Assembly: GCA_023300835.1 (NCBI GenBank)
Contig: JALZVB010000122.1
Coordinates: 1 to 43,768 of the forward strand
Length of the DNA: 43,768 nt
Origin: Saprospiraceae bacterium
GTDB lineage: Bacteria > Bacteroidota > Bacteroidia > Chitinophagales > Saprospiraceae
Direction of reading: 5' to 3'
The notes beneath the pieces are model-generated. The model did not search any database. It saw only the letters and a program-made list of their open reading frames with translations, and had not been told where the DNA came from. How positions within the stretch are numbered: position 1 is the stretch's first letter; every line of letters starts with the position of its first letter. The translations under genes and the position numbers were made by a program. Of the stretch, positions 9,045 to 18,527 are shown piece by piece.

Positions 9045-12000
9045 ATGAATCGTTTCCTCTGTCTACTAACCTTAATTACTGTTACTATTGCCTCCTGTAA
9101 AAAGGAAAAGGTCAGTAATTATGATAACTTTTCTACTTATATAAGTGATTACAGCACGAGCCCCATATCTAGGTGCCAGGACATTTCCATCAAGCTAGGT
9201 TTCAAACCTCCCGAAAACACCATAGTACCTTCAAATATTATAACAACTACCCCAGACATGGGTGGCGTTGTAGAGTATAAAAATGGCAGAATCTACTTGA
9301 GAAACCCAGTTATAAAACACAACATAAAGTATCAAGTCAAATTCTATATAGGTGCTATTACAGAAATGCCATCTGGCATGGATTACTTTGAGTTTCCACT
9401 AGAAGCAGAAAGACAGGCTTGGGACATACAGATGGAAGCACCTATTAACAACTCAATGGAATATGTCACGTATTCAGGCACGATAAAATATGCTTTATGT
9501 GAACCTCACAGAAAAATAATAGAAGAGAGTATGGTTGCTACCCAAGAAGGTAAACCACTCAATATCTCATGGGATCATCCTAAAAACGAGAAAGATAAAT
9601 CCTACTTCCAAGTATATAAAATCGAAAGACAAGACAAGGCCGGAGAAATTAAACTACTGCTGGATATGAATACTATTAATGTCAAAGACCAATCTACTCT
9701 GACATTGCCTATTCCTTCCAAGTCGGATTTTTCTTTGCATTCTGCAAAGCACAATAACAATAATGTCGTTGAGCTCGTATTTACAGACCCACTAGATAAG
9801 AGCCAGAACCTAACCGGATTAATTACAGTAACAGACAGAAAAATTGATCAAATAAAAGTAATCTCTAATAAAATTGTGGTTTACTTCTCTGATAATAAAT
9901 ATGGCAAACATACGGTCAACATAGAACCCGGCATCAAGAATATTGCGGGATATAAGCTCAAGGACAGCTACGAAAAACCAATCTTCTTTGCGCCACCCAA
10001 ACCAACAATAAGTATTGCAGAGTCAGGCCATATTCTTCCACCTACTGGCGAATGGGAGTTACCCGTAAATCTTATATCAGCTTCAGGTTTCAGATTAAGG
10101 GTTCTTAAGGTATACGATAATAATGTCCATAGGTTATACCAAGAAAACAAAGAACCTTATGTTAATCAACAAGGCCTAGAAAACATCGGTCGTCTGGAGT
10201 TAGACACCATTTTTACAATAGATGTAGTTAATGCCTATGACAATACTTATCATGCCATCTCATTGGATAAATACATAAGAAAAGAAAAAGGGGCCCTTTA
10301 TAAAATATTCCTAAGCATTCCTAGAGAACACAACCTATATCCTTGTGAAGAACTACAGGCCAGTAATAAATCTAAGGATAGAATAGAAACTATAAATTTT
10401 GACAAACCATGGATTGGTGAATACGATAATGACTATGACGAATACAATGGATACTATAGATCTAGAACAGTAGGACGCAGACAATATACTGAGCAACCAA
10501 GTGGCTATCACGGTAATCCATGTCATGAAAATTATAGCCTGACAATCCATGATTCTAGGTTACTTATGTGTTCTGATATCGCAGCCGTGATAAAGTCTAA
10601 CACAGATAATGGCAACTATCTCGCTTACGTATCTAAGATTACAACGGCAACGCCTATAGCTTCCGCAAAGGTCACATTATTAAATGTACAAGGTCAAGAA
10701 ATAGGGACAGCTTATACGGATGGTCAAGGTTTTGCGAAGGTACCTACACAAAATCAAATTCCTTTTCTTGCCCGTGTCAATCACAATGACAATTTTACTT
10801 ACATACAGCTACAAGATGGTATGGCCTTGTCTCTAAGTACATTTCAAGTAGAGGGAAAAAACTGGAAAGGAGATAGAAAGGTTTTCTTCTATGGTGACCG
10901 TGGCGTATGGCGACCTGGTGATACGGTGTATATGCAATCAATTGTTTTCGACGATAAAAAAATTCCTAGTAATCTTCCTATTGAACTTAAGTTGACTGAC
11001 CCCACCGGCAAACTCGTAAAAAAGTGGCTGGTCCGCAACAACAGTTATGGCTTATATGATTGCAGATTTCATACTGATATGAATGCCAATACAGGACCGT
11101 GGAAACTTGAAATGCAATTGGGTGGTGTAACATATCGCAAGACTGTAAAAATAGAAACAGTAAGACCCAATAGGTTGAAAATGAATATGGCTTTCGCCAA
11201 AGAAGAATTGTTATCTAACACTGACTCCCATAAGGCACCATTATCAGTAGACTGGATGCATGGCTTGCCAGCAAAAGACCTAGAAACACAAATTACTATG
11301 TTTCAAAAGTCTCTGCGTAACCCTTTTGGAGCTGATTACAGCAATTATGTTTTTGATGACATTCAGAAATCTCATCAAGAAGATCTGGGTATGGTCAAGA
11401 GTGGAAAAACGAATAGTAAAGGGAAATTAGATTTTAAAATTCCTGTCGCTGAAAACAAAAGTTATCCATCAATGATGTTATACAATTTCGAGTTGAGATC
11501 ATTTGAAAAAGGTGGGGCCTTTAGTAATGATATGAAGAGAATAAAGTATTCTCCTTATGATAGTTACATAGGTATGTCCTTCCCAGGAGGCACATCCGAT
11601 AGAGGAGCATATCTCAGTGAAAAAGATGCCATACAACTTGTCGCCATAGATGAAAATGGAAATAAAAAAAGTAGTAAGGTCAAAGTCACAATTAATGAAA
11701 TTCAAAACCAATGGTGGTATCAGTTCGGAAACAGAGGAAACTATGCTGCGCTAAAAAACAATATTAAGAGAAGTGTCAAAACTTATGAAACAACTATAGG
11801 AAAAGAAGGTAAGACCATAAGTATCGAAGACACAGGAAGGTTTTTGATTACAATTCAAGACATAGAAAGTGGACATACGGTAAGCCGAATTTTCTATTGT
11901 TACAATAGTAGATACAACAATAAGGAAGAAGAATTATCCAATCTAGAAGTCTTACAATTTCATATAGAAAAGACAGATTATAATGTTGGTGATTTACTGG

Positions 12001-14573
12001 AATTCAAATTACCACCAGCTAAGAGTGGACAATACCTGGTTACTGTTGAGTCAGGAAATGGGGTATTACACAAGGAAGTACGTCCAGTAAGTACGACGCC
12101 TCAAGATGTGTTTATTTCAATCATAGCTGAGATGTCCCCATCTGCTTATGTACATGTTCATCTTATGCAAGCCTGGGACAAACACAATAATGATAGACCG
12201 CTCAGATTATTTGGCATAAAACCGATTAAAGTATTTGACCAGAATTCCATTCTAGAACCTGTCATTTCTATGCCTGACGAATTAGAAACAGATAAACCCT
12301 TTCAACTTTCTGTTGCAGAAACCAACGGTCAATCAATGAGTTATACTATAGCTATTGTAGATCAAGGTCTACTTGATATCACTCAATTTTCAACTCCAGA
12401 TCCATGGACAGCTTTTTTTGGAAAAGAAAGCCTCAATGTAAAAACTTGGGATATGTATAGGGATATATTCCACAGGTTTCTTGGCGAATATGCTTCTCTC
12501 TTAGCCATAGGTGGCGATGGTATGAATACGATCACCAATATATCTAAGGCACAAAGATTCAAACCCGTTGTTAAATTTCTTGGACCGTTTAAACTTGATC
12601 CTGGAGAAAAGAGAAGTCACAACCTTACTATAAATGACTATGTAGGATCTGTAAGAGCAATGGTGGTAGCTACCAACGGTAATGCGCTTGGGCATCAAGA
12701 TAAAACAGTTGCTGTCAAGAAACCATTGATGTTATATTCTACGCTTCCAAGAGTCCTTGGGCCACAAGAAAAACTTAAAGTTCCTGTAACGGTATTTGCA
12801 ATGAGAGATGATGTCAAAACAGTCGATGTAAGTATTGTTACTGATAACAACATTACGGTCATCGGGGAGAAATCTAAACAAATTTCTTTTGATAAAATAG
12901 GCGAGCAAGATCAGTTTTTTGAAATAGAAACAGGAGACTTTACGGGTATCACAGAAGTAGAAGTTATTGTTAAGTCTGGCACTCATATTCACAGAGAAAA
13001 AACACAACTTGACATAAGACCATCGGCACCTAAGATCACTCAAATTTTTCATGATCTGGTAACTGCCAATAATCAAAAAATTCTAGATTATAAACCACTC
13101 GGCATGACAGGAACTAGGTCGGCGCAATTACACCTCAGTAAGGGACTTAACTTCTCGTTCCGACCACAAATAGATTGGTTGATCAGATATCCACATGGCT
13201 GTCTAGAGCAAACGATATCTACTATCTTCCCTCAATTGTTCGTAGCTAAAATGAATATCGTTAAAGGAGATGACCTCATGAGAACACGTCAACAATACCA
13301 AGCTGCTATTCAGAAGCTTCGTTTTTTACAGATACATTCTGGTGGTTTCTCTTATTGGCCTGGAGGAAACATTGCTAATAAATGGGGAACATCTTATGCC
13401 CTTGAATTCCTACAAGAAGCTAAGAACAATGGTTACGAAGTGCCAGCAGATTTATTGAAAAAATGTATCAAACATCAATACGCCGTAGCCGATAGTTGGA
13501 CGCTAACCTCAACCAATTCTTCTCGCCATAATGGATTCTACACAATAGACCAAGCTTATAGATTACATACGCTTGCTAATGCAGGAAAGCCCAATTACGC
13601 CGCTATGAATAGACTTAGACTTTCGCCAAGTCTGCATAACACAGCCAAGTGGCTACTAGCACATGCTTTCTTGACAGTAGGAGAAGAGGCCGTAGCAGAC
13701 AAGTTGATTCAGGCAGCAAGCGATAGAACAGAATCTTACCGACAGATGAGCGGTAATTTTGGGAGTGAAGTTAGGGATCAAGCATTGATTGTAAGAACAC
13801 TTATTAAAAAAGGAGATAAGCTTAAGGCCAAAAGATTAATAGATGAACTGACGCCACATTTTTCTGGGGACAAACAGAGATATTTATCTACTCAAGACAG
13901 ATCACAATGTTTGATCAGCTTTGCAAAATTTATGGGTAAGCTAGACTCTACTGAATCTGATTTAACTTACGACATAACATTACCAGGAAACAAACCATTA
14001 ACAGGACAAACGCTAACAACAAAAAACCAATCATTCAATCTATCAACTGAAGATAAAGCACAGTCCGTGGCATTAACTAATAATGGGCCTACTGAGATAT
14101 ACAGTTGCATAGAAGTAACTGGCGTACCATTAAGAGATGATTCACCAGCGTCAAGTCAAGATATAAAGCTAGAAGTAAAATACATAGGAGAAGATGGAAG
14201 CATTATCAAACCTAGCCAAATACAGAAAGGCACAGATTTTACAATTCAATATACCATTCAACATGATGGCCTCAGGTCTAATTACGAGAACCTTGCATTG
14301 TCTGCAATTTTCCCATCTGGGTGGGAGATAATAAATCAACGCATGGTCACTAACACGAATTTTAACGCGGGAGATAAGCCTGATTATCAAGACATCAGAG
14401 ATGATAGGGTTTATCTTTATTTTGATTTAGAAAAAGGGAAAAAGAAAGTATTCAGATTTAAAATGAATGCTACTTATGAAGGAAAATATTGGGCACCACC
14501 GGCTTTTTGCGAAGCTATGTATGACGCTACTATTAATGCAAAGCAAAAGGGATTCTGGGCAGAAGTAAATTAG
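9045..14573 (+). CDS. Bacterial alpha-2-macroglobulin family lipoprotein with intact thioester motif
   Basis: The ORF track gives 8919..14573 from a TTG. I prefer the ATG at 9045, which gives MNRFLCLLTLITVTIASCKKE (lipobox IASC). The size (1842 aa) and the thioester context IRYPHGCLEQTISTIFPQ match the YfhM/ECAM class. It lies next to pbpC, the usual partner gene. Confidence 0.9.
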   Translation: MNRFLCLLTLITVTIASCKKEKVSNYDNFSTYISDYSTSPISRCQDISIKLGFKPPENTIVPSNIITTTPDMGGVVEYKNGRIYLRNPVIKHNIKYQVKFYIGAITEMPSGMDYFEFPLEAERQAWDIQMEAPINNSMEYVTYSGTIKYALCEPHRKIIEESMVATQEGKPLNISWDHPKNEKDKSYFQVYKIERQDKAGEIKLLLDMNTINVKDQSTLTLPIPSKSDFSLHSAKHNNNNVVELVFTDPLDKSQNLTGLITVTDRKIDQIKVISNKIVVYFSDNKYGKHTVNIEPGIKNIAGYKLKDSYEKPIFFAPPKPTISIAESGHILPPTGEWELPVNLISASGFRLRVLKVYDNNVHRLYQENKEPYVNQQGLENIGRLELDTIFTIDVVNAYDNTYHAISLDKYIRKEKGALYKIFLSIPREHNLYPCEELQASNKSKDRIETINFDKPWIGEYDNDYDEYNGYYRSRTVGRRQYTEQPSGYHGNPCHENYSLTIHDSRLLMCSDIAAVIKSNTDNGNYLAYVSKITTATPIASAKVTLLNVQGQEIGTAYTDGQGFAKVPTQNQIPFLARVNHNDNFTYIQLQDGMALSLSTFQVEGKNWKGDRKVFFYGDRGVWRPGDTVYMQSIVFDDKKIPSNLPIELKLTDPTGKLVKKWLVRNNSYGLYDCRFHTDMNANTGPWKLEMQLGGVTYRKTVKIETVRPNRLKMNMAFAKEELLSNTDSHKAPLSVDWMHGLPAKDLETQITMFQKSLRNPFGADYSNYVFDDIQKSHQEDLGMVKSGKTNSKGKLDFKIPVAENKSYPSMMLYNFELRSFEKGGAFSNDMKRIKYSPYDSYIGMSFPGGTSDRGAYLSEKDAIQLVAIDENGNKKSSKVKVTINEIQNQWWYQFGNRGNYAALKNNIKRSVKTYETTIGKEGKTISIEDTGRFLITIQDIESGHTVSRIFYCYNSRYNNKEEELSNLEVLQFHIEKTDYNVGDLLEFKLPPAKSGQYLVTVESGNGVLHKEVRPVSTTPQDVFISIIAEMSPSAYVHVHLMQAWDKHNNDRPLRLFGIKPIKVFDQNSILEPVISMPDELETDKPFQLSVAETNGQSMSYTIAIVDQGLLDITQFSTPDPWTAFFGKESLNVKTWDMYRDIFHRFLGEYASLLAIGGDGMNTITNISKAQRFKPVVKFLGPFKLDPGEKRSHNLTINDYVGSVRAMVVATNGNALGHQDKTVAVKKPLMLYSTLPRVLGPQEKLKVPVTVFAMRDDVKTVDVSIVTDNNITVIGEKSKQISFDKIGEQDQFFEIETGDFTGITEVEVIVKSGTHIHREKTQLDIRPSAPKITQIFHDLVTANNQKILDYKPLGMTGTRSAQLHLSKGLNFSFRPQIDWLIRYPHGCLEQTISTIFPQLFVAKMNIVKGDDLMRTRQQYQAAIQKLRFLQIHSGGFSYWPGGNIANKWGTSYALEFLQEAKNNGYEVPADLLKKCIKHQYAVADSWTLTSTNSSRHNGFYTIDQAYRLHTLANAGKPNYAAMNRLRLSPSLHNTAKWLLAHAFLTVGEEAVADKLIQAASDRTESYRQMSGNFGSEVRDQALIVRTLIKKGDKLKAKRLIDELTPHFSGDKQRYLSTQDRSQCLISFAKFMGKLDSTESDLTYDITLPGNKPLTGQTLTTKNQSFNLSTEDKAQSVALTNNGPTEIYSCIEVTGVPLRDDSPASSQDIKLEVKYIGEDGSIIKPSQIQKGTDFTIQYTIQHDGLRSNYENLALSAIFPSGWEIINQRMVTNTNFNAGDKPDYQDIRDDRVYLYFDLEKGKKKVFRFKMNATYEGKYWAPPAFCEAMYDATINAKQKGFWAEVN
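13200..13211 (+). other. Thioester site codons (Cys-Leu-Glu-Gln) of the A2M gene
   Basis: TGT CTA GAG CAA is in frame with the A2M ORF (13200-8919 is divisible by 3). CxEQ is the defining thioester motif of A2M/complement-type proteins. Confidence 0.85.
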
Positions 14574-14639
14574 ATAGTAATATAGGATAATTGAATGTAT
14601 ATTTTTAAATAGTACAATTTTCAATTAGTGATACAGTTC

Positions 14640-14905
14640 TGTTATTGGCATTAGCCATTTTAGTTGAGGAGACTGATGATAACGTTAAGAACAGATGCAT
14701 GTTTGACGACCTTTTGGGAGGAGTTTGCAGATGTTTAGTTATCCTTAGTTGGATCAACGTTAAGAAATATGAAAGAACGATCTCAAAGAGTGGAGCGGAA
14801 GCTCCAAGTGAGAGAACCGCAAAGCGGGAGGGATGGCCAGCCTTGAATTCTTTGTTTCGTTTCTTTTTCAAGAAAGAAATGAAAGCCCGCCGGCGAGGCA
14901 AATGA
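14640..14905. other. GC-enriched, hairpin-dense non-coding island (candidate structured RNA; family and strand unknown)
   Basis: Local GC is far above the surrounding sequence; 14789-14843 has 35 G+C in 55 nt by my count. Hairpins: GGAGC-GGAA-GCTCC (14792-14805), CCGC-AAA-GCGG (14817-14827), a 13-bp stem at 14855-14884, and GCCCG-CCGG-CGAGGC (14885-14899). The only ORFs here overlap on both strands, start with TTG and use Arg codons (CGG, CGC, CGA) that are rare in the neighbouring genes. Confidence 0.3.
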
Positions 14906-15017
14906 TAGAATGAAAAACGAACTTAGGTTCAACAGGAAAACCAGTAATCATCCTTTATCAATGATTTAATGTTTAAGGAATTTTTTTGTATAAAATAGTA
15001 AAATAAAAACAAAGAAT

Positions 15018-15620
15018 TTGAATCTATTTAATCAAGAACCACTCGCTAACAGACTCCCCTACGATGGAACAGTAATTTATTATGGAACAGTAATGAGTAC
15101 TGCGTCTGCTAATAGTTACTATACAGCATTGTTAAAGAAGATAGAATGGAAAAATGACGAAGCCGTAATGTTCGGTAAACGAATTGTAACCAAAAGAAAA
15201 GTCGCTTGGTATGGAGAAAAGGAGTTTGAATATACTTACTCCAATACAACTAAGCTGGCTCTGCCTTGGACAACAGAACTGAAAGAATTAAAAGCTATCA
15301 TAGAGAAGTCGTCAGGAGAGACTTATAACTCATGCTTACTCAATCTGTACCATGATGGCAGCGAAGGAATGGCATGGCATAGTGATGCCGAAAAAGATCT
15401 CAAGCTCAACGGCGCGATCGGTTCACTGAGCCTAGGTGCAGAAAGAAATTTTGCTTTCAAACATAAAGTATCTAAAGAAACGGTTTCAATTTTTCTCGAA
15501 AGAGGTAGCCTATTGGTTATGAAAGGTACAACTCAGAAACATTGGTTACACAGATTACCTCCAACAAAAAAAATACAGACGCCTCGTATAAATCTAACTT
15601 TCAGAACTATCGAAAAATAA
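15018..15620 (+). CDS. alkB: Alpha-ketoglutarate/Fe(II)-dependent dioxygenase AlkB (alkylated nucleic-acid repair)
   Basis: 200-aa ORF from a TTG start. Motifs: LPYDGTVIYYG N-terminus, the HxD iron ligands in MAWHSDAEKD, a distal His in KHWLHRLP, and RINLTFR (2OG-binding Arg pair). Confidence 0.85.
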   Translation: MNLFNQEPLANRLPYDGTVIYYGTVMSTASANSYYTALLKKIEWKNDEAVMFGKRIVTKRKVAWYGEKEFEYTYSNTTKLALPWTTELKELKAIIEKSSGETYNSCLLNLYHDGSEGMAWHSDAEKDLKLNGAIGSLSLGAERNFAFKHKVSKETVSIFLERGSLLVMKGTTQKHWLHRLPPTKKIQTPRINLTFRTIEK

Positions 15621-15623
15621 ATA

Positions 15624-17906
15624 TTGAAACCTGTCAAATACATATTACTTCTATTATTCGTCTCGTACTGTGCCTTGTGGTTTATAGGGGGGCAAATAAA
15701 AATTAAAGATAGGTTTGCACATATTCTATTTGCATCAGAAGGAGAGATTCTGGCAGGACAAGTTTCATCGGACGAACAGTGGCGTATACAATGTGAAGGA
15801 CCATTACCAAAAAAACTGGCTACTTGTATTAAGTTATTTGAGGATCAATACTTTAACTATCACCCAGGCATCAATCCTATTTCAATTATCAAGGCCATAA
15901 AAGATAATTTCAAGTCTCAAAAAGTTGTAAGAGGAGGCAGTACACTAACAATGCAATTGGCCAGAATAATAGAAGGCAATAGAAAAAGAACATACAAACA
16001 AAAAATAAAAGAAATAATCCTAGCCTTAGCACTTGAAGCAAAATATTCTAAATCTGAAATATTACAACTCTATGGTCAATATGCGCCATTCGGCGGAAAT
16101 ACCGTAGGCTATTGTTCAGCAGCCTTGAGGTACTACAAAAAACCTATACAGCAACTGTCATGGAATGAAGCCGCTACACTTGCAGTACTACCCAATGCGC
16201 CATCACATGCTTACCCAGGAAAAGCACAGGAACTATTACGTAAGAAAAGAAAATTCCTATTAGACAAACTTTTAGCATCGGATCTTTTAGATGATACCAC
16301 TCATCGATTAGCATTGAAAGAAGATATTCCTACACAATCCAAAATCCTATCTTCTATAGGAGGAGTTCTTTTACAAACACTAAAGAAAGAAAAACCTGGT
16401 CAATTTCAATACCATACAACCATTGATAATAAGCTACAGGCTCAAGTCAATAAGTTAATCAGAGAAGAAAGCGAAATAAATGCACAAGAAAACGGCATAG
16501 ATAACATGGCAGGAATTGTCATTTCTAATGACGGGCATGTCTTGGCATATGTTGGAAATGGCGGATGTCGTACAGCAGACTGCGGATCAGAAGTAGATAT
16601 ATTAACATCTCAACGGAGTCCCGGAAGTACGCTTAAACCCTTCTTGTATGCTGGTGCCCTGGATGCTGGTTTTATTACTTCCAAAAGTTTACTAAAAGAT
16701 ATTCCCGTATTTTTTGATGGATTCAGTCCTAAGAATTTTGATCTTGATTATCGTGGCGTAATACCTGCTCATAAAGCGCTTACGCAATCCCTTAACATAC
16801 CTGCTGTTAATCTATTAAGACAATATAATATAGAAGCATTTTTATGGGATTTACAAATGCTAGATTTAAAAAGTATTAGCAAATCAGCTGATCATTATGG
16901 CCTTTCGTTAATCCTAGGAGGTTGTGAAGTTACGCCATTCAAACTGGGTCAAGCATACATGAATCTGGCTAGGGTAGCTAAGAATCAAAAGGCCTTAGAA
17001 CTTAATAAAACCATTCAGGACAACTTCAAGGTTAGAAACTTTCCGCTCAGTTCTGGAGCTAGTTATTTGACTTTGAAAATGATGCAAGGTGTCACACGTC
17101 CTTATACAGAAAGCGGATGGGAATATTATGCAGACAGGTCAGACGTCAGTTGGAAAACAGGAACTAGTTATGGTTTTAGAGATGCCTGGTCGGTCGGTGT
17201 AACTTCAGATTATACAGTTGTCGTATGGGTTGGTAATGCTGATGGAGAGGGAAAACCAGGTCTTACTGGTGTCAAAAAGGCAGCGCCGATAATGTTTTCA
17301 ATTTTCGACTTACTTCCATCAGCAGATCCTTTTACACAACCGCTAGATCAATTACAAGTCAGAACCGTATGTGCTGCTTCAGGATATACCCCAACCTCTT
17401 TTTGCAGTGAAACGCAACTAACGTATGTTCCCAGTAAAACAAATTCAATTCCGCTATGTAAATTCCATCAGCAGCTCAATCTCGATAAATCTGAACAATA
17501 TCGTGTCTACCAAAACTGTGCTCCAGAGGTGGTTAACACCTCACGTTTTGTTCTAGGTCCTATTGTCAATAACTATTATAAGAAATTTAATGGACACGGA
17601 TATAGCTTACCAGAGTTGCATCCTAATTGCGTTAGTATGGCAAATGACTTAACCATACTATACCCCACCCAAGGCGCATCTATTTTATTACCCAGAGATC
17701 TAGGTGATCAGAAAAAATCATTAATTGCTAAGGCTATTCCTACCACAGATACAGACTCATTGTTTTGGTTTGTAGATAATCGTTGGGTGAGTACAACCCA
17801 GTCTGATCATGAGATTGTTCTTGATCTGAAAAAAGGGAACCATCAGTTGACAGTTGTTTCTGAGAAAGGGAGTGAACGAACACATTATTTTAAGGTGGTA
17901 GAGTAA
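15624..17906 (+). CDS. pbpC: Penicillin-binding protein 1C (bifunctional glycosyltransferase/transpeptidase)
   Basis: 760-aa ORF from a TTG start 3 nt after the alkB stop. GT51 motifs: EDQYFNYHPGINP and RGGSTLTMQLAR. Transpeptidase motifs: SPGSTLKPF (SxxK), QSLN (SxN) and WKTGTS (KTG). It has the long C-terminal extension typical of PBP1C and is linked to an A2M gene. Confidence 0.9.
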   Translation: MKPVKYILLLLFVSYCALWFIGGQIKIKDRFAHILFASEGEILAGQVSSDEQWRIQCEGPLPKKLATCIKLFEDQYFNYHPGINPISIIKAIKDNFKSQKVVRGGSTLTMQLARIIEGNRKRTYKQKIKEIILALALEAKYSKSEILQLYGQYAPFGGNTVGYCSAALRYYKKPIQQLSWNEAATLAVLPNAPSHAYPGKAQELLRKKRKFLLDKLLASDLLDDTTHRLALKEDIPTQSKILSSIGGVLLQTLKKEKPGQFQYHTTIDNKLQAQVNKLIREESEINAQENGIDNMAGIVISNDGHVLAYVGNGGCRTADCGSEVDILTSQRSPGSTLKPFLYAGALDAGFITSKSLLKDIPVFFDGFSPKNFDLDYRGVIPAHKALTQSLNIPAVNLLRQYNIEAFLWDLQMLDLKSISKSADHYGLSLILGGCEVTPFKLGQAYMNLARVAKNQKALELNKTIQDNFKVRNFPLSSGASYLTLKMMQGVTRPYTESGWEYYADRSDVSWKTGTSYGFRDAWSVGVTSDYTVVVWVGNADGEGKPGLTGVKKAAPIMFSIFDLLPSADPFTQPLDQLQVRTVCAASGYTPTSFCSETQLTYVPSKTNSIPLCKFHQQLNLDKSEQYRVYQNCAPEVVNTSRFVLGPIVNNYYKKFNGHGYSLPELHPNCVSMANDLTILYPTQGASILLPRDLGDQKKSLIAKAIPTTDTDSLFWFVDNRWVSTTQSDHEIVLDLKKGNHQLTVVSEKGSERTHYFKVVE

Positions 17907-17939
17907 GAATTGACTTTAAATAATTAAAAGCATTGACAG

Positions 17940-18398
17940 ATGTTAGAGAATAATGAATACTTCAGGGTTAGGTTAATTGGGATAGGCTTACTGATATTCC
18001 TGTTTTCACGCTGTGATAATTCTTTAGATTGTAGAATAATATTATCTGATACTCAATTGAATTTTATTAGAGTAGTATCAAATGAAATATTATCCAAAAA
18101 AGTATCCAGTAGAAGAGGAACGAGGATTTCAGACTTTAACCTTGATGCCAAGTATTCATTGAACAACTCTATTCTAGGGGACACAAACACGTTAGTAGGT
18201 GTTACTAATTACTTTAACGAAGGACACTATGTGATTCATGAAACGGATTGGAATTTAGCCGATGAAAAGCACATTAGGTACATTGTATACTATTCGGAAG
18301 GAAGGCAAACTTCATTTACAGAAGAACCTTGGTATGAGATCTGTAGAAATGTTATTTCAAATGACATACATTGTGTAGTAGAAAAGGTGGTAAATTAA
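17940..18398 (+). CDS. Hypothetical small exported or membrane-anchored protein
   Basis: 152-aa ORF 33 nt after pbpC. It has an N-terminal hydrophobic segment (LIGIGLLIFLFSRCDN) and no motif I recognise. The lipobox is non-canonical (Arg at -1). Confidence 0.45.
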   Translation: MLENNEYFRVRLIGIGLLIFLFSRCDNSLDCRIILSDTQLNFIRVVSNEILSKKVSSRRGTRISDFNLDAKYSLNNSILGDTNTLVGVTNYFNEGHYVIHETDWNLADEKHIRYIVYYSEGRQTSFTEEPWYEICRNVISNDIHCVVEKVVN

Positions 18399-18527
18399 AA
18401 TATGCTGGATTTAGTTTGTATAACAATATTGATAGGACTCCGCGTTTTTCAAAAAGAAGTTGAAGTTCATTACAATATATATTAAAAAATATTGTTTTTA
18501 GCAATAACAACAACATTAAACTAATAA

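Noticed and set aside
14673-14695. Hammerhead-ribozyme core: CTGATGA at 14673-14679 followed by a GAA
   Set aside because: The putative stem II (TAACGTTA) is an 8-nt palindrome that cannot form a stable hairpin. The downstream element reads GAAC rather than GAAA. No stem I/III partners or cleavage-site context are evident. A 7-mer match is expected several times by chance in 2 x 44 kb.
14782-14845. Riboswitch-like strings: GGGAGGGATGGCC resembles the SAM-I core GGAGGGACUGGCCC, GTGAGAG resembles the TPP UGAGA, and CGCAAAGC resembles c-di-GMP-I
   Set aside because: In each case only one short element matches. The flanking conserved elements are absent: the SAM-I P1/kink-turn/GCAACC, the TPP ACCUGAUCUGG pyrophosphate helix, and the GEMM GCAAA partner. 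The downstream gene (alkB) is not in any of those regulons.
14605-14905. Track ORFs 14645..14905 (+, 86 aa) and 14605..14901 (-, 98 aa) as protein-coding genes
   Set aside because: They are mutually overlapping mirror ORFs. Both begin with TTG and have no recognisable motif. Their Arg-rich tails use CGG/CGC/CGA codons atypical for this genome. Open frames on both strands are expected by chance in a GC-rich patch. I treat the region as non-coding and possibly RNA-coding.
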